DNA from: Micavibrio sp.
GTDB taxonomy: Bacteria; Pseudomonadota; Alphaproteobacteria; UBA9219
DNA: 64,000 bases
Reading direction: 5' to 3'
Assembly: GCA_020718105.1 (NCBI GenBank)
Contig: DYDA01000005.1
Coordinates: 13,436-77,435 of the forward strand
This document shows positions 30,172-39,697 of the stretch, piece after piece. Both the position numbers and the translations under genes were made by a program. Position 1 is the stretch's first letter, and every line of letters starts with the position of its first letter. A model generated the notes under the pieces. The model searched no databases. It was not told where the DNA came from and worked only from the letters and a program-made list of their open reading frames with translations.

Positions 30172-30987
30172 ATGTTCTTTCCTCCCGATCTGGCTCCTAA
30201 TTTTATCGCGGCGCTCAAACCTATATGGGAAGCAGATTACCCCGATCATATCAAGCTGCGCGGCCTTTGGGGTATGCTCAATGGCCTGCAAGGCGCGGTG
30301 CTGGGGCAGCATCTTTTGCATCGTATTGGCAATAAGGTTTTTGCGGGGCCTTTTCGCGGGATGGAGATTTCTCCTGCTATGATGAAAAAGCACCTTCCAC
30401 CCCTTTTGCTGGGAACCTATGAGTGGGAGCTTCATGACGCCGTTGAGGCCGCCATCGAAAAATCTTATAAAAATATTATCAATATTGGCTGTTCTCAGGG
30501 GTATTACAGTGTTGGTTTGGCGATGCGTTTGCCACAAGCCAAAATCTTTGCCTATGACGCGGATGAGGCGGCGCAGGCCGATTGTAAAGCTCTTGCAGCG
30601 CTTAACAACGTAGAGGATCGCATCGTTGTTGGAGGCGCTTTTACGGGCGAAATGTTTGAAAAAGGAACCGATGAGGAAACCTTGGTCTTTATGGATGTGG
30701 ATGGTGGCGAGTATGACATCCTTGATCCTGAGCGATTTCCTGCGCTGAAAAACATGGATATAATTGTTGAGTTGCATGATGCCCAACGGGCGGATCTATC
30801 GACTGTCATTCCTTTGCGCTTCGCTTCGACGCACAACGTGCGGGTGATCCCCAATGCGCCCTTCAGTTTTCCTTTGGATAAAATACTAGGCCCTGATTAT
30901 GTCCCCGATCATTTCGATAATCTTTTGGCGACGTGGGAGGGGCGCGTGGGGCGGACGCCTTATGGTGTTTTTATAAAAAAACAATAG
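30172..30987 (+). CDS. Putative class I SAM-dependent methyltransferase (FkbM-like)
   Basis: IINIGCSQGYYSVGLA (motif I-like), IFAYDAD (acidic end of beta-2) and LVFMDVDGGEYDIL (resembles the FkbM ID(V/I)EGxE motif). I chose the start at ATG 30172 because the track start at 30121 is TTG. Confidence 0.6.
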   Translation: MFFPPDLAPNFIAALKPIWEADYPDHIKLRGLWGMLNGLQGAVLGQHLLHRIGNKVFAGPFRGMEISPAMMKKHLPPLLLGTYEWELHDAVEAAIEKSYKNIINIGCSQGYYSVGLAMRLPQAKIFAYDADEAAQADCKALAALNNVEDRIVVGGAFTGEMFEKGTDEETLVFMDVDGGEYDILDPERFPALKNMDIIVELHDAQRADLSTVIPLRFASTHNVRVIPNAPFSFPLDKILGPDYVPDHFDNLLATWEGRVGRTPYGVFIKKQ

Positions 30988-31029
30988 GGGCCAAAGGTTT
31001 ATTCCTCTTTTAGTGCGCTGAGAGAAAAA

Positions 31030-31090
31030 GAACAAAAAAAGAACTTGCCAGAGGGCGAAGAGGCGGGTAGGATGAGAACAAAGCAGAAAC
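31030..31090 (+). promoter_or_regulatory. Alphaproteobacterial SOS (LexA) box pair flanking a putative recA promoter
   Basis: A perfect GAAC-AAAAAAA-GAAC lies at 31030-31044, abutting TTGCCA (a -35-like hexamer at 31045-31050), with TAGGAT 17 nt later. A second, imperfect GAAC-N7-AAAC lies at 31076-31090. recA starts at 31120. Confidence 0.65.
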
Positions 31091-31119
31091 ATAACAATTC
31101 GAATGAAAAGGAAAAAACC

Positions 31120-32208
31120 ATGGCTTCCAAAACCACCTCCACTCTTCATGTTGTTGAAAAAAGCCACGAAGATCCTGAACGCCAAAAGGCTTTAGATGCT
31201 GCGCTCAGCCAAATTGAGCGCGCCTTTGGTAAGGGTTCGGTTATGAAATTGGGCTCACAAGAAGGGGTGGGGGAAACCGAAGTGATTTCGACGGGGTCGC
31301 TTGGTTTGGACATCGCTCTTGGTATTGGCGGATTGCCACGGGGACGTGTGATTGAAATCTATGGCCCCGAAAGCTCTGGTAAAACGACGCTGGCGCTTCA
31401 CGCCATCGCGCAGGCACAAAAGAATGGTGGCACGTGCGCCTTTGTGGATGCGGAACATGCGCTGGATCCTTCCTATGCGCGTAAGCTGGGCGTTAACATC
31501 GATGAGCTGCTCATTTCTCAACCCGATGCGGGGGAGCAAGCGCTTGAAATCGCCGATACGCTCGTGCGGTCGGGCGCTATTGATATTCTGGTGGTGGATT
31601 CTGTTGCCGCTCTTGTGCCACGCGCTGAGTTAGAAGGCGAGATGGGCGATTCTCATGTGGGGTTGCATGCTCGGCTTATGAGTCAGGCTTTGCGTAAGCT
31701 TACAGGCTCCATTTCCCGCTCGAATTGCATGGTCATCTTTATCAACCAAATCCGGTTGAAAATCGGGGTGATGTTTGGCAATCCGGAAACGACAACGGGC
31801 GGCAATGCCCTGAAATTTTACGCCTCAGTTCGCTTGGACATTCGCCGTATCGGATCGATCAAGGATCGTGACATCGTTGTGGGCAACCAAACGCGCGTGA
31901 AAGTCGTTAAAAATAAAATGGCGCCCCCCTTCCGTGTGGTTGAGTTTGATATTATGTACGGTGAAGGCATTTCCAAAGTCGGAGAGCTTGTTGACTTAGG
32001 CAGTCAAGCGGGCGTTGTTGAAAAGTCAGGCGCATGGTTCTCTTATGATGGCGTGCGCATAGGGCAGGGGCGTGAGAACGCCAAACAATACTTGCGTGAC
32101 AATCCGGAGATGGCGGCCTCTATCGAAAATAAAGTCCGCGCTAATGCTGGTCTTGTCGGCGAAGCGATGCTTAAGGGAATACCAGAGCATGACGAGGAGG
32201 AGGCCTAA
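31120..32208 (+). CDS. recA: Recombinase RecA
   Basis: [24 protein letters not shown], Walker A (GPESSGKTT), [10 protein letters not shown] and [30 protein letters not shown] chose ATG 31120 because the track start at 31045 adds 25 unlikely residues. Confidence 0.96.
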   Translation: MASKTTSTLHVVEKSHEDPERQKALDAALSQIERAFGKGSVMKLGSQEGVGETEVISTGSLGLDIALGIGGLPRGRVIEIYGPESSGKTTLALHAIAQAQKNGGTCAFVDAEHALDPSYARKLGVNIDELLISQPDAGEQALEIADTLVRSGAIDILVVDSVAALVPRAELEGEMGDSHVGLHARLMSQALRKLTGSISRSNCMVIFINQIRLKIGVMFGNPETTTGGNALKFYASVRLDIRRIGSIKDRDIVVGNQTRVKVVKNKMAPPFRVVEFDIMYGEGISKVGELVDLGSQAGVVEKSGAWFSYDGVRIGQGRENAKQYLRDNPEMAASIENKVRANAGLVGEAMLKGIPEHDEEEA

Positions 32209-32232
32209 AGCCTCCTTCTTCCCCCTTTTCTA
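32195..32232 (+). terminator. Probable rho-independent terminator overlapping the recA stop
   Basis: AGGAGGAGGC-ctaaa-GCCTCCTTCT forms a 10-bp stem followed by TCCCCCTTTTCT. Confidence 0.5.
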
Positions 32233-32338
32233 TAGCCCATGCCCCATAGAATGATTACGTACACGGGTGGGGAACCCTCCAGCCCGGCTTGGGTGTTCCC
32301 GAAATTCTTTTGAGAAAAAGCTAACCCGCAGAATCTTC

Positions 32339-32494
32339 TATACTGATCACACTTCAAGAGTTGGCATCGTGCATGATGTTTCAGCAAGGACAATAGAGTC
32401 ACTCCCCCCTCCCTATCCCTCCCCGCGAGGTGGAGGGGACATCAGCGTCCTTGCGGATAAAGCAATCCCAACTCTTGAAGTGCGAGGAGTATAT
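32339..32494. repeat. MITE-like element, copy C (variant internal hairpin)
   Basis: Left end TATACTGATCACACTTCAAGAGTTGG, right end CCCAACTCTTGAAGTGCGAGGAGTATATA, internal hairpin TCCCCTCCCCGCGAGGTGGAGGGGA. Confidence 0.65.
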
Positions 32495-32665
32495 ACCTCT
32501 CGTGAATGAAGAGTTGGCTTCTTTGAGACAGAAAAAATATAAAATGGGATGCCAGCCTTCGCTGGCATGACGAGATTAATGTTTAGTATTAAGCCATTCC
32601 CGTCATCCCCGCGTAGGCGGGGATCCCATTTGTTTTCTTTTTCTCTTGACGTGGAAGGAGTATAT
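32490..32665. repeat. MITE-like element, copy D (abuts copy C)
   Basis: GTATATACCTCTCGTGAATGAAGAGTTGG ... CTCTTGACGTGGAAGGAGTATAT. The internal hairpins GGGATGCCAGCCTTCGCTGGCATGACG and CGTCATCCCCGCGTAGGCGGGGATCCC are in swapped order relative to copy B. Confidence 0.7.
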
Positions 32666-32822
32666 TAAAAAAGAAAAAGAAGAAAAATAACATTAACCAA
32701 GTTATTTTTCTTGACTCATGGGGACGTTTCTGCTATTGACATTGCTACGCGGAGCTTTGTCCTTTTAATGTTGCCGCTTTTTTAGGCAAATGTTATGGGG
32801 TTTTTTCTTTTTTGTTCCCTGA

Positions 32823-32913
32823 AATGCCGAATGCCGAATGCCGAATGCCGAATGCCGAATGCCGAATGCCGAATGCCGAATGCCGAATGCCGAATGCCGA
32901 ATGCCGAATGCTG
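32823..32913 (+). repeat. Heptanucleotide simple sequence repeat (AATGCCG), 12 perfect units plus 1 variant (AATGCTG)
   Basis: Counted directly from the sequence. It ends 21 nt before the conserved dusB start codon, and every unit contains an ATG. Confidence 0.95.
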
Positions 32914-32933
32914 AATCCCCTTCTGCCCTGACG

Positions 32934-33908
32934 ATGCCTCGCCCCCTTGCGCCGATCACGCTGGGGAGGGAGCGCATCGCCGTGCCTGTTATCCTCGCGC
33001 CGATGGCGGGCGTGACGGATCGGCCTTTCCGTTCGCTGGTGCGGCGGTTCGGTGCTGGCCTCGTGGTGTCCGAGATGATCGCCAGCCAAGCGATGATCCG
33101 CCATGTGCGCAAGACGATGCAGATGATCTTGCCCGCTGATAAAGATGATATCCTGACGGTGCAATTGGCGGGCAGCGATGTGTCCGTGATGGCCGAGGCC
33201 GCGAAGCTGAACGCGGATCGCGGCGCACGGATTTTGGATATCAATTTTGGTTGTCCCGCCAAAAAGATTGTCAACGGCGAGGCTGGAAGCGCTTTGATGA
33301 AAGACGAGGTCAAGGCGGCGCGGATTCTGGAGGCTGTTGTGGGGGCTGTGTCCATTCCCGTGACGGTCAAGATGCGCCTTGGCTGGAATCATGAGAACCT
33401 GAACGCGCCGCGCCTTGCGAAGATCGCGCAAGAGTCTGGCATTCAGATGGTCACGGTGCATGGTCGCACGCGTCAGCAGTTCTATGGCGGGCAAGCTGAT
33501 TGGGCCGCTATTCGCGCCGTGAAGGAGGCCGTGAGCCTTCCCGTCATTGCGAATGGCGATATTCGCTGCATCGAGGATGTCGTGGAGGCTTTGACGCTTT
33601 CCGGCGCGGACGGCGTGATGATCGGGCGCGGAACGTATGGCAAACCTTGGCTTTTGCGGCAGGTGATGGACTTTATGACGACGGGGACAGTCTCACCTGC
33701 TCCCGATGCGGCGGCTTTGCGCTCCATCGTTTTGGAGCATTTTGAAGACATGCTGGAGACGTATGGCGCTTATGCGGGCCTGCGCATCGCACGCAAGCAT
33801 ATGGGATGGTACAGCAAGGGTATGATGGGCGCGGCGGAGTTTCGTGGCGCGGTCAATCATGCCAGCGAAGCGAGTGAGGTGCGGCGAATGGTGGAGGGAT
33901 TCTTTTAG
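32934..33908 (+). CDS. dusB: tRNA-dihydrouridine synthase B (NifR3 family)
   Basis: VILAPMAGVTDRPFR, ILDINFGCPAKKI, VTVKMRLGW and VTVHGRTRQQFY. The conserved core starts at ATG 32934. The track ORF (32838) starts inside the heptamer repeat, giving an (MPNAECR)n extension. Confidence 0.9.
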   Translation: MPRPLAPITLGRERIAVPVILAPMAGVTDRPFRSLVRRFGAGLVVSEMIASQAMIRHVRKTMQMILPADKDDILTVQLAGSDVSVMAEAAKLNADRGARILDINFGCPAKKIVNGEAGSALMKDEVKAARILEAVVGAVSIPVTVKMRLGWNHENLNAPRLAKIAQESGIQMVTVHGRTRQQFYGGQADWAAIRAVKEAVSLPVIANGDIRCIEDVVEALTLSGADGVMIGRGTYGKPWLLRQVMDFMTTGTVSPAPDAAALRSIVLEHFEDMLETYGAYAGLRIARKHMGWYSKGMMGAAEFRGAVNHASEASEVRRMVEGFF

Positions 33909-33954
33909 GGAGCTGGAAAGAAGAGCAACAACGCAAGGTGTGAGGGGGCTGTTG

Positions 33955-34692
33955 TTATGTAACCGACAAGCCTTGTTCTTTGAACAGGGCGTGGATAGCG
34001 CCGATAAGATCGGGGGAAGGGGGCATCGTATCGCTCAACGTATAGGGCATACCTAGCTTCTGCCATTTGCTCTCGCCCATTTTGTGGAAGGGCAAAACCT
34101 CTACCTTTTCGACGTTGCCAAGGTTTTTGAGGAACACGGCAAGCTTTTTTAAATCGTCCAGATTGTCTGTCAGGTTCGGCACAATCACGCAGCGCACCCA
34201 CATCGGCTTGCCTTGCGCGGCAAGAAGGCGCGCAAAATCCAAGGTCGGCTCTAGCTTGCGGCCTGTCACTTTGGCGTAAGTGTCTGGATCAAAGGATTTA
34301 ATATCGAGAAGGACAAGATCAGTCACATCAAGCAACGCTTGCTTGACGACTTTCCCAAGATAGCCCGATGTATCCAGCGCGGTGTGAAGTCCCAGTTCTT
34401 TGCAGCCCTTAAAAACTTCGGTGACAAAGGCATGTTGAAACAAGGGCTCGCCGCCTGTGATGGTCACGCCGCCGCCCGTTTTTTGAAGAAAGTCCTTATA
34501 CTGCCCGATTTCAGCGATCAGGTCGGTGGCTTGCGTAAGCTTTCCATGTTTCAGGTGGCGCGTATCGGGATTATGGCAATACAGGCAACGCATAGGACAG
34601 CCCGCCAAAAACGCGACAAAGCGCATTCCGGGGCCATCGACTGTACCCGCCGTCTCAACAGAGTGAACATAACCTTCATAAGATTTCAGCAT
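33955..34692 (-). CDS. pflA: Pyruvate formate-lyase activating enzyme (radical SAM)
   Basis: MLKSYEGYVHSVETAGTVDGPGMRFVAFLAGCPMRCLYCHNPD (CxxxCxxC). I took the start at 34692 because the track start at 34794 reads into a MITE. Confidence 0.93.
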   Translation of the reverse strand: MLKSYEGYVHSVETAGTVDGPGMRFVAFLAGCPMRCLYCHNPDTRHLKHGKLTQATDLIAEIGQYKDFLQKTGGGVTITGGEPLFQHAFVTEVFKGCKELGLHTALDTSGYLGKVVKQALLDVTDLVLLDIKSFDPDTYAKVTGRKLEPTLDFARLLAAQGKPMWVRCVIVPNLTDNLDDLKKLAVFLKNLGNVEKVEVLPFHKMGESKWQKLGMPYTLSDTMPPSPDLIGAIHALFKEQGLSVT

Positions 34693-34718
34693 GTGGAAGC
34701 TCGTACAAAGTTTTTCCG

Positions 34719-35017
34719 ATAGACCCCTCATGAATGAAGGGTTGGTTTTTCTGGAAAAGAAAAAACAAGGAAATGGGATTTCCTCCTGTCCCATTCTTCG
34801 TCATCCCGCACGAAGTCCCGCGTAGAGCGGGACGAAGATGCGGGACCCAGTTTAAAACTTTTCCTTTCAACAATCCTGATCCTTGTTTTTTGGCAAAACA
34901 AAATGAATTCAACTGGGTCCCGCATCTGCGCGATGCTCACGCATCGCTCCGTGCGGGATGACGGTGGGGTAAGCAAAAGGTCTACTGCTTGCCAACGCTT
35001 GAAGTGGACGCGGTACA
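34719..35017. repeat. Composite MITE-like element, copy E, between pflB and pflA
   Basis: Family-type termini ATAGACCCCTCATGAATGAAGGGTTGG ... GCCAACGCTTGAAGTGGACGCGGTACA. Inside are a 13-bp perfect inverted repeat (GCGGGACCCAGTT / AACTGGGTCCCGC) and several TCCCGCA/TGCGGGA hairpins. Confidence 0.7.
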
Positions 35018-35029
35018 GGTCAAAAACAC

Positions 35030-37303
35030 TTACATCGCCTGATGGAACGTGCGGTTGACAACGTCCATTTGCTGTTCACGCGTGAGCTTGACGAAGTTGA
35101 CGGCATAGCCCGATACGCGAATGGTGAGTTGTGGGTAAAGTTCGGGATGATCCATCGCATCCATCAGCGTTTCGCGAGAAAACACGTTGACGTTCATATG
35201 ATGAGCACAGCGGCCACAGTATCCGTCCAAAAGGCCTGTCAGGTTGTTGACGCGATCGCACACCGTTTTGCCCAAGGCTTCGGGCACAATGGAAAACGTG
35301 TTCGATATGCCATCTTGTGAATGCTCATAAGGCAACTTTGAGACAGAAATAAGCGAGGCGAGCGCACCCTTTTTATCGCGTCCGTGCATGGGGTTTGCAC
35401 CTGGTGCGAACGGCTCGCCCGCCTTGCGACCATCGGGGGTGTTGCCCGTCTTTTTGCCGTACACGACGTTGGATGTGATGGTTAGAACCGATAACGTCGG
35501 TGTGGCGTCGCGGTAAGCCTTGCGTGCGCGGAGCTTGGTCATAAAGCTTTCGACCAGTTCCACTGCGATGGTATCAACGCGATCATCATTGTTGCCGTAT
35601 TGGGGATATTCGCCTTCGGTCTTGAAATCGATGGCAAGGCCGCGCTCATCGCGAATGACGCTGACTTTGGCGTGTTTGATGGCTGAAAGAGAATCCGCCA
35701 CAACGGACAAACCCGCGATGCCGCACGCCATGGTGCGCAAAATCTCGCGATCATGCAGAGCCATTTCGATGCGCTCATAGGCGTATTTGTCGTGCATGTA
35801 ATGGATGATGTTGAGGGCGTCCATGTAAACGTCTGCAAGCCAATCCATCATGGCGTCCAGCTTGGCCGACACCTCGGTGTAGTCCAAAACATCACTCGTG
35901 ATGGGGGTAGAAGGGGGCGCGATTGGCTCGCCACTCACTTCGTCGCGGCCACCATTGATGGCATAGAGCAACGCCTTGCCAAGGTTGGCGCGCGCGCCAA
36001 AAAACTGCATCTGCTTGCCGATACGCATCGCTGATACGCAGCATGCGATGCCGTAATCGTCGCCCCAATAGGGACGCATGAGATCGTCGTTTTCATATTG
36101 GATCGAGCTGGTCGCGATAGAAGTCTTCGAACAGTAATCCTTAAATGCTTTGGGCAGTTGCTCTGACCACAACACGGTTAAGTTAGGCTCTGGCGCGGGG
36201 CCAAGGTTGGTGAGCGTATGCAAAAAGCGGAACGAGGTTTTGGTGACCAGCGGACGGCCATCTTCACCGACGCCGCCAAGGCACTCTGTCACCCATGTCG
36301 GGTCGCCAGAGAACAGCGCGTTATAGTCGGGGGTGCGGGCAAAGCGCACCATGCGCAGTTTCATCACGAAATGATCGACAATTTCTTGCGCTTCATTTTC
36401 GTCTAAAAGACCTGCGGCAAGGTCACGCTCAAAATAAATGTCAAGGAAAGCGGCGATGCGACCCAGCGACATGGCCGCGCCGTTCTGTTCCTTCACGGCG
36501 GCCAGATAGGCAAAATAGAGCCACTGCACCGCCTCTTGCGCGGTTTCGGCAGGGCGCGTGATGTCAAAGCCATAGGCCTTGGCCATGACTTCAAGTTCGC
36601 GCAACGCTTTGATGTGCTCGGCAATTTCTTCACGAGCGCGGATGGTGTCTTCGTTGATCGTGTTGTCGTAAAAGGCCTTTTGCTCACGGCGATCTTCGAT
36701 CAAGCGCATCGTGCCATAGAGGGCTACGCGGCGGTAATCGCCGATGATGCGTCCGCGCCCATAGCCGTCGGGAAGACCCGTTACGATGCCAGCTTTGCGG
36801 GCTTTTTTAATCGCGGGGGTGTAAGCGTCAAAGACGCCTTCGTTATGCGTTTTGCGATATTTGGTGAAAATCTCATGCACTTTGGGCGCGATCTCATAGC
36901 CATAGGCCTTAAGCGCATCCTCGGCCACGCGAATGCCGCCAAAGGGCATCAAAGCGCGTTTTAAGGGCTTTTCGGTTTGCAGCCCGACGATCTTTTCTAA
37001 GGTGCGATCAATGTAGCCTGCCGCGTGCGAGGTGATGCTGGCCACCACGCTGGTGTCCATATCCAGTGTGCCACCTTTTTCGGTCTCGGCCTTCATTAAG
37101 ACCAACACTTGTTGCCACAAAGCCTTTGTGCACATGGTCGGCGCGGCCAAAAAGCTTTCGTCGTCTTCATAGGGCGTGAAGTTGGTTTGGATAAAATCAC
37201 GCACATTGATTTGGTCTTGCCATAAAGAGTTTTTAAACGGAGCGAGGGGCATCGTTTCTTCTTTCATCAGGACGTTCGAAGGGGCATGGGCGGGAGCGTT
37301 CAT
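35030..37303 (-). CDS. pflB: Pyruvate formate-lyase (formate C-acetyltransferase)
   Basis: 757 aa with [22 protein letters not shown], the catalytic GIACCVSAM and the glycyl-radical motif RVSGYAVNF. An AAGGAA SD lies 5 nt before ATG 37303. Confidence 0.96.
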   Translation of the reverse strand: MNAPAHAPSNVLMKEETMPLAPFKNSLWQDQINVRDFIQTNFTPYEDDESFLAAPTMCTKALWQQVLVLMKAETEKGGTLDMDTSVVASITSHAAGYIDRTLEKIVGLQTEKPLKRALMPFGGIRVAEDALKAYGYEIAPKVHEIFTKYRKTHNEGVFDAYTPAIKKARKAGIVTGLPDGYGRGRIIGDYRRVALYGTMRLIEDRREQKAFYDNTINEDTIRAREEIAEHIKALRELEVMAKAYGFDITRPAETAQEAVQWLYFAYLAAVKEQNGAAMSLGRIAAFLDIYFERDLAAGLLDENEAQEIVDHFVMKLRMVRFARTPDYNALFSGDPTWVTECLGGVGEDGRPLVTKTSFRFLHTLTNLGPAPEPNLTVLWSEQLPKAFKDYCSKTSIATSSIQYENDDLMRPYWGDDYGIACCVSAMRIGKQMQFFGARANLGKALLYAINGGRDEVSGEPIAPPSTPITSDVLDYTEVSAKLDAMMDWLADVYMDALNIIHYMHDKYAYERIEMALHDREILRTMACGIAGLSVVADSLSAIKHAKVSVIRDERGLAIDFKTEGEYPQYGNNDDRVDTIAVELVESFMTKLRARKAYRDATPTLSVLTITSNVVYGKKTGNTPDGRKAGEPFAPGANPMHGRDKKGALASLISVSKLPYEHSQDGISNTFSIVPEALGKTVCDRVNNLTGLLDGYCGRCAHHMNVNVFSRETLMDAMDHPELYPQLTIRVSGYAVNFVKLTREQQMDVVNRTFHQAM

Positions 37304-37568
37304 AACAATTCCTTACCGTTTTGGTCTTCTTTTTTGGGCTCCCCTCTACGTAATGGGAATTAACTATAAGGGCAATTGAAATCATGATGAAAATGCCATA
37401 ATTCGTTGCTGCAACGCACAAGAGGACGGAAGGAATTTGTGGGCTTCTTTAAAAAAAAGCCTTTCATCATTTGTTAAAAGGTGGCCTATTATTAACCATA
37501 ATGAGGTTTGTCGATTCGCATCGAATCTGATGTCTCTTTGCTTAAGGTTGCTTTAGGGGAGGTGTGAT

Positions 37569-38783
37569 TTGGCTCACGCTCACGGTTCTGCTGGTTCTTC
37601 TCGCGCTAAGGCGTCTTCTGGCGCTAAAGGTTCTTCGATAGAGCTTGGCACAAAGGTTGTCATGGATGAGGCTGGGCTTGCCTCTTTGATCACGTTACTC
37701 ACCAAGGTTGGCTATCAACCCATCGGTCCCAAGGTGCGCGATGGCGCCATTGTTTATGAAGAAATAGACTCTCTTGCCGATCTTCCCGTTGGTTTTGCCG
37801 ATGAGCAAGAGGGCGGCAAGTATCGCCTTGTCGCAGGAACGAAAGGATCGTTTTTCGAATATCTTGTCGGCCCGACAAGCTGGAAGCGTTATCTTTTTCC
37901 TCCTACGCATAAGTTGTGGAGCGCTGAGCAAAAGGGTAAGGGCTTTGAGATTGATAAAACCAAAGCCGAGGCGCCTGCCTATGCCTTTATCGGCGTGCGT
38001 TCGTGTGAGCTCAACGCGATGAAGATTCAAGACAAGGTCTTTGGCTTCGGACGTGAGGATCATGAAGGCGCGGGGATTTTCTCAGACCCCAATTATGTTG
38101 CGCGACGCAGCAAGGCGTTGATCATTGCGGTCAACTGTTCTCGTGCTGGCAAGACTTGTTTTTGCACGTCTATGGGCGGCGATCCCCACGTTAAGGAGGA
38201 TCAAGGTTTTGATTTGGCGCTGACCGAGTTTGCACCTCAACAGACGCATGAGTTTATGGTTGAGGTCGGCAGCGAGAGGGGCCGTTTGATCCTAGAGCTT
38301 CTTCCCTATCGCGCTGTCACGTCTCATGATACCGACAGAGCCGCTTCGCAAGCGCGTAAGGCTCGCGGCGAGATGGGCCGTAAAATGCCGCCCGATATTA
38401 AGGACGTGTTGAAGCGCAATTTGGATCACAAGCGTTGGGACGATGTGGCTAATCGTTGCCTGTCTTGCGCCAATTGCACGATGGTCTGCCCCACTTGTTT
38501 TTGCAGCACTGTGCAAGACAGCACCGATTTAAAGGGGGAAAAGACGGAGCGCACACGGACGTGGGATTCCTGCTTCTCGGTGGATTTCAGCTATATTCAT
38601 GGCGGTGCTATCCGCCCTGAAACCAAGTCGCGCTATCGCCAGTGGATGACGCATAAATTGTCGAATTGGTATGAACAATATGGCTCGTCGGGCTGCGTTG
38701 GTTGTGGGCGTTGCATCACGTGGTGTCCTGTCGGGATTGACATTACAGAAGAAGCCCGCGTGATTAAATCCACGGGTAAGTGA
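37569..38783 (+). CDS. Group 3b-type NiFe hydrogenase beta subunit-like protein (4Fe-4S, AsrA-like)
   Basis: 404 aa with [16 protein letters not shown] and [13 protein letters not shown] ferredoxin-type clusters. TTG start 7 nt after a GGGGAGGTG SD. First of four tightly packed genes. Confidence 0.8.
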   Translation: MAHAHGSAGSSRAKASSGAKGSSIELGTKVVMDEAGLASLITLLTKVGYQPIGPKVRDGAIVYEEIDSLADLPVGFADEQEGGKYRLVAGTKGSFFEYLVGPTSWKRYLFPPTHKLWSAEQKGKGFEIDKTKAEAPAYAFIGVRSCELNAMKIQDKVFGFGREDHEGAGIFSDPNYVARRSKALIIAVNCSRAGKTCFCTSMGGDPHVKEDQGFDLALTEFAPQQTHEFMVEVGSERGRLILELLPYRAVTSHDTDRAASQARKARGEMGRKMPPDIKDVLKRNLDHKRWDDVANRCLSCANCTMVCPTCFCSTVQDSTDLKGEKTERTRTWDSCFSVDFSYIHGGAIRPETKSRYRQWMTHKLSNWYEQYGSSGCVGCGRCITWCPVGIDITEEARVIKSTGK

Positions 38784-38786
38784 TCT

Positions 38787-39695
38787 TTGGGTTCATCAAA
38801 AAATAGGATGCGAAGCATGACCGAGGCCTCTCACACAAAGAAAAAACATCATTGCACTTGCCATTCTGGCGAGGCCAGCCCGATGCATCCGCGTCCCTTT
38901 AAGGTCGTCAAAATCTGGAAAGAGCTTTCCGACACGTTCAGCATGTCGTTGGTTCCCGAAGATGGTCAGCCCATCGCCTTTGCGCCAGGGCAATTCAATA
39001 TGCTGTATGTTTTTGGTGTTGGTGAGGTTCCTATCAGCGTCAGCGGCGATCCGACGGATCTCTCCAAGCTTGTTCACACAACCCGTGCTGTGGGTAACGT
39101 GTCGCGGGCGCTGGATGCTCTTAAAGAAGGCATGTCGGTGGGCGTGCGCGGGCCGTTTGGAACCGTGTGGCCTTTGGACGTCGCCGAGGGTAAGGATTTG
39201 GTTTTCGTTGCGGGCGGGATAGGCCTTGCGCCCTTGCGCCCCGTGATTTACCAAGCGATGGCGGATCGTCATAAGTATCGCAATCTCGCCATTCTTTATG
39301 GAGCGCGTACGCCCGAAGATATCCTGTTTGACAAAGAATTGCAGCGTTGGAAGGCTCGTTTTGACATTGACGTTCAGGTGACGGTGGATCGCTCTACCGG
39401 CGATTGGGCGGGGCGCGTTGGCCTTGTGACCAAGCTTGTTGAGTGCGGCGGTTTTGATCCAACAAACACCGTGGCCTATACTTGCGGCCCCGAAGTCATG
39501 ATGCTGCATGTTGTGGATTCGCTGCATAAGCGCGGCGTGCCGCATGAGCGCATCTATCTTTCCATGGAACGCAATATGAAATGCGGCGTTGGTTTTTGCG
39601 GCCATTGCCAGTGGGGGACATCCTTTGTCTGCCGTGATGGCCCCGTGTTCCGCTTTGACACGATTGCCGATGACCTTAAAGTACGGGAGCTTTAA
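38787..39695 (+). CDS. Hydrogenase gamma subunit-like FAD/NAD(P)-binding 2Fe-2S oxidoreductase (AsrB/PyrK-like)
   Basis: [32 protein letters not shown] and a C-terminal cluster motif ([12 protein letters not shown]). The exact start is uncertain. Confidence 0.8.
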   Translation: MGSSKNRMRSMTEASHTKKKHHCTCHSGEASPMHPRPFKVVKIWKELSDTFSMSLVPEDGQPIAFAPGQFNMLYVFGVGEVPISVSGDPTDLSKLVHTTRAVGNVSRALDALKEGMSVGVRGPFGTVWPLDVAEGKDLVFVAGGIGLAPLRPVIYQAMADRHKYRNLAILYGARTPEDILFDKELQRWKARFDIDVQVTVDRSTGDWAGRVGLVTKLVECGGFDPTNTVAYTCGPEVMMLHVVDSLHKRGVPHERIYLSMERNMKCGVGFCGHCQWGTSFVCRDGPVFRFDTIADDLKVREL

Positions 39696-39697
39696 TC

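Noticed and set aside
30016-30786. A 256-aa ORF on the minus strand overlapping the methyltransferase gene and the yerC-like start.
   Set aside because: It is antisense to a gene with recognisable SAM-MTase motifs and would overlap the yerC-like coding region. The composition is low-complexity and Arg/His-rich.
32823-32913. I considered whether the tandem repeat or the recurring palindromic hairpins could be a CRISPR array.
   Set aside because: The 7-bp units have no spacers. The MITE hairpins are kilobases apart with no regular repeat-spacer periodicity, and there are no cas genes.
32765-33494. Two minus-strand ORFs (201 and 233 aa) containing FGIRHSA repeats.
   Set aside because: The repeat is only the reverse translation of the heptanucleotide SSR, and the remainder is antisense to dusB.
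37304-37568. I searched the pflB/hydrogenase intergenic region for an FNR box (TTGAT-N4-ATCAA).
   Set aside because: There are only loose half-site resemblances (for example TTGAAATCATGATGAA), and nothing I would call a site.
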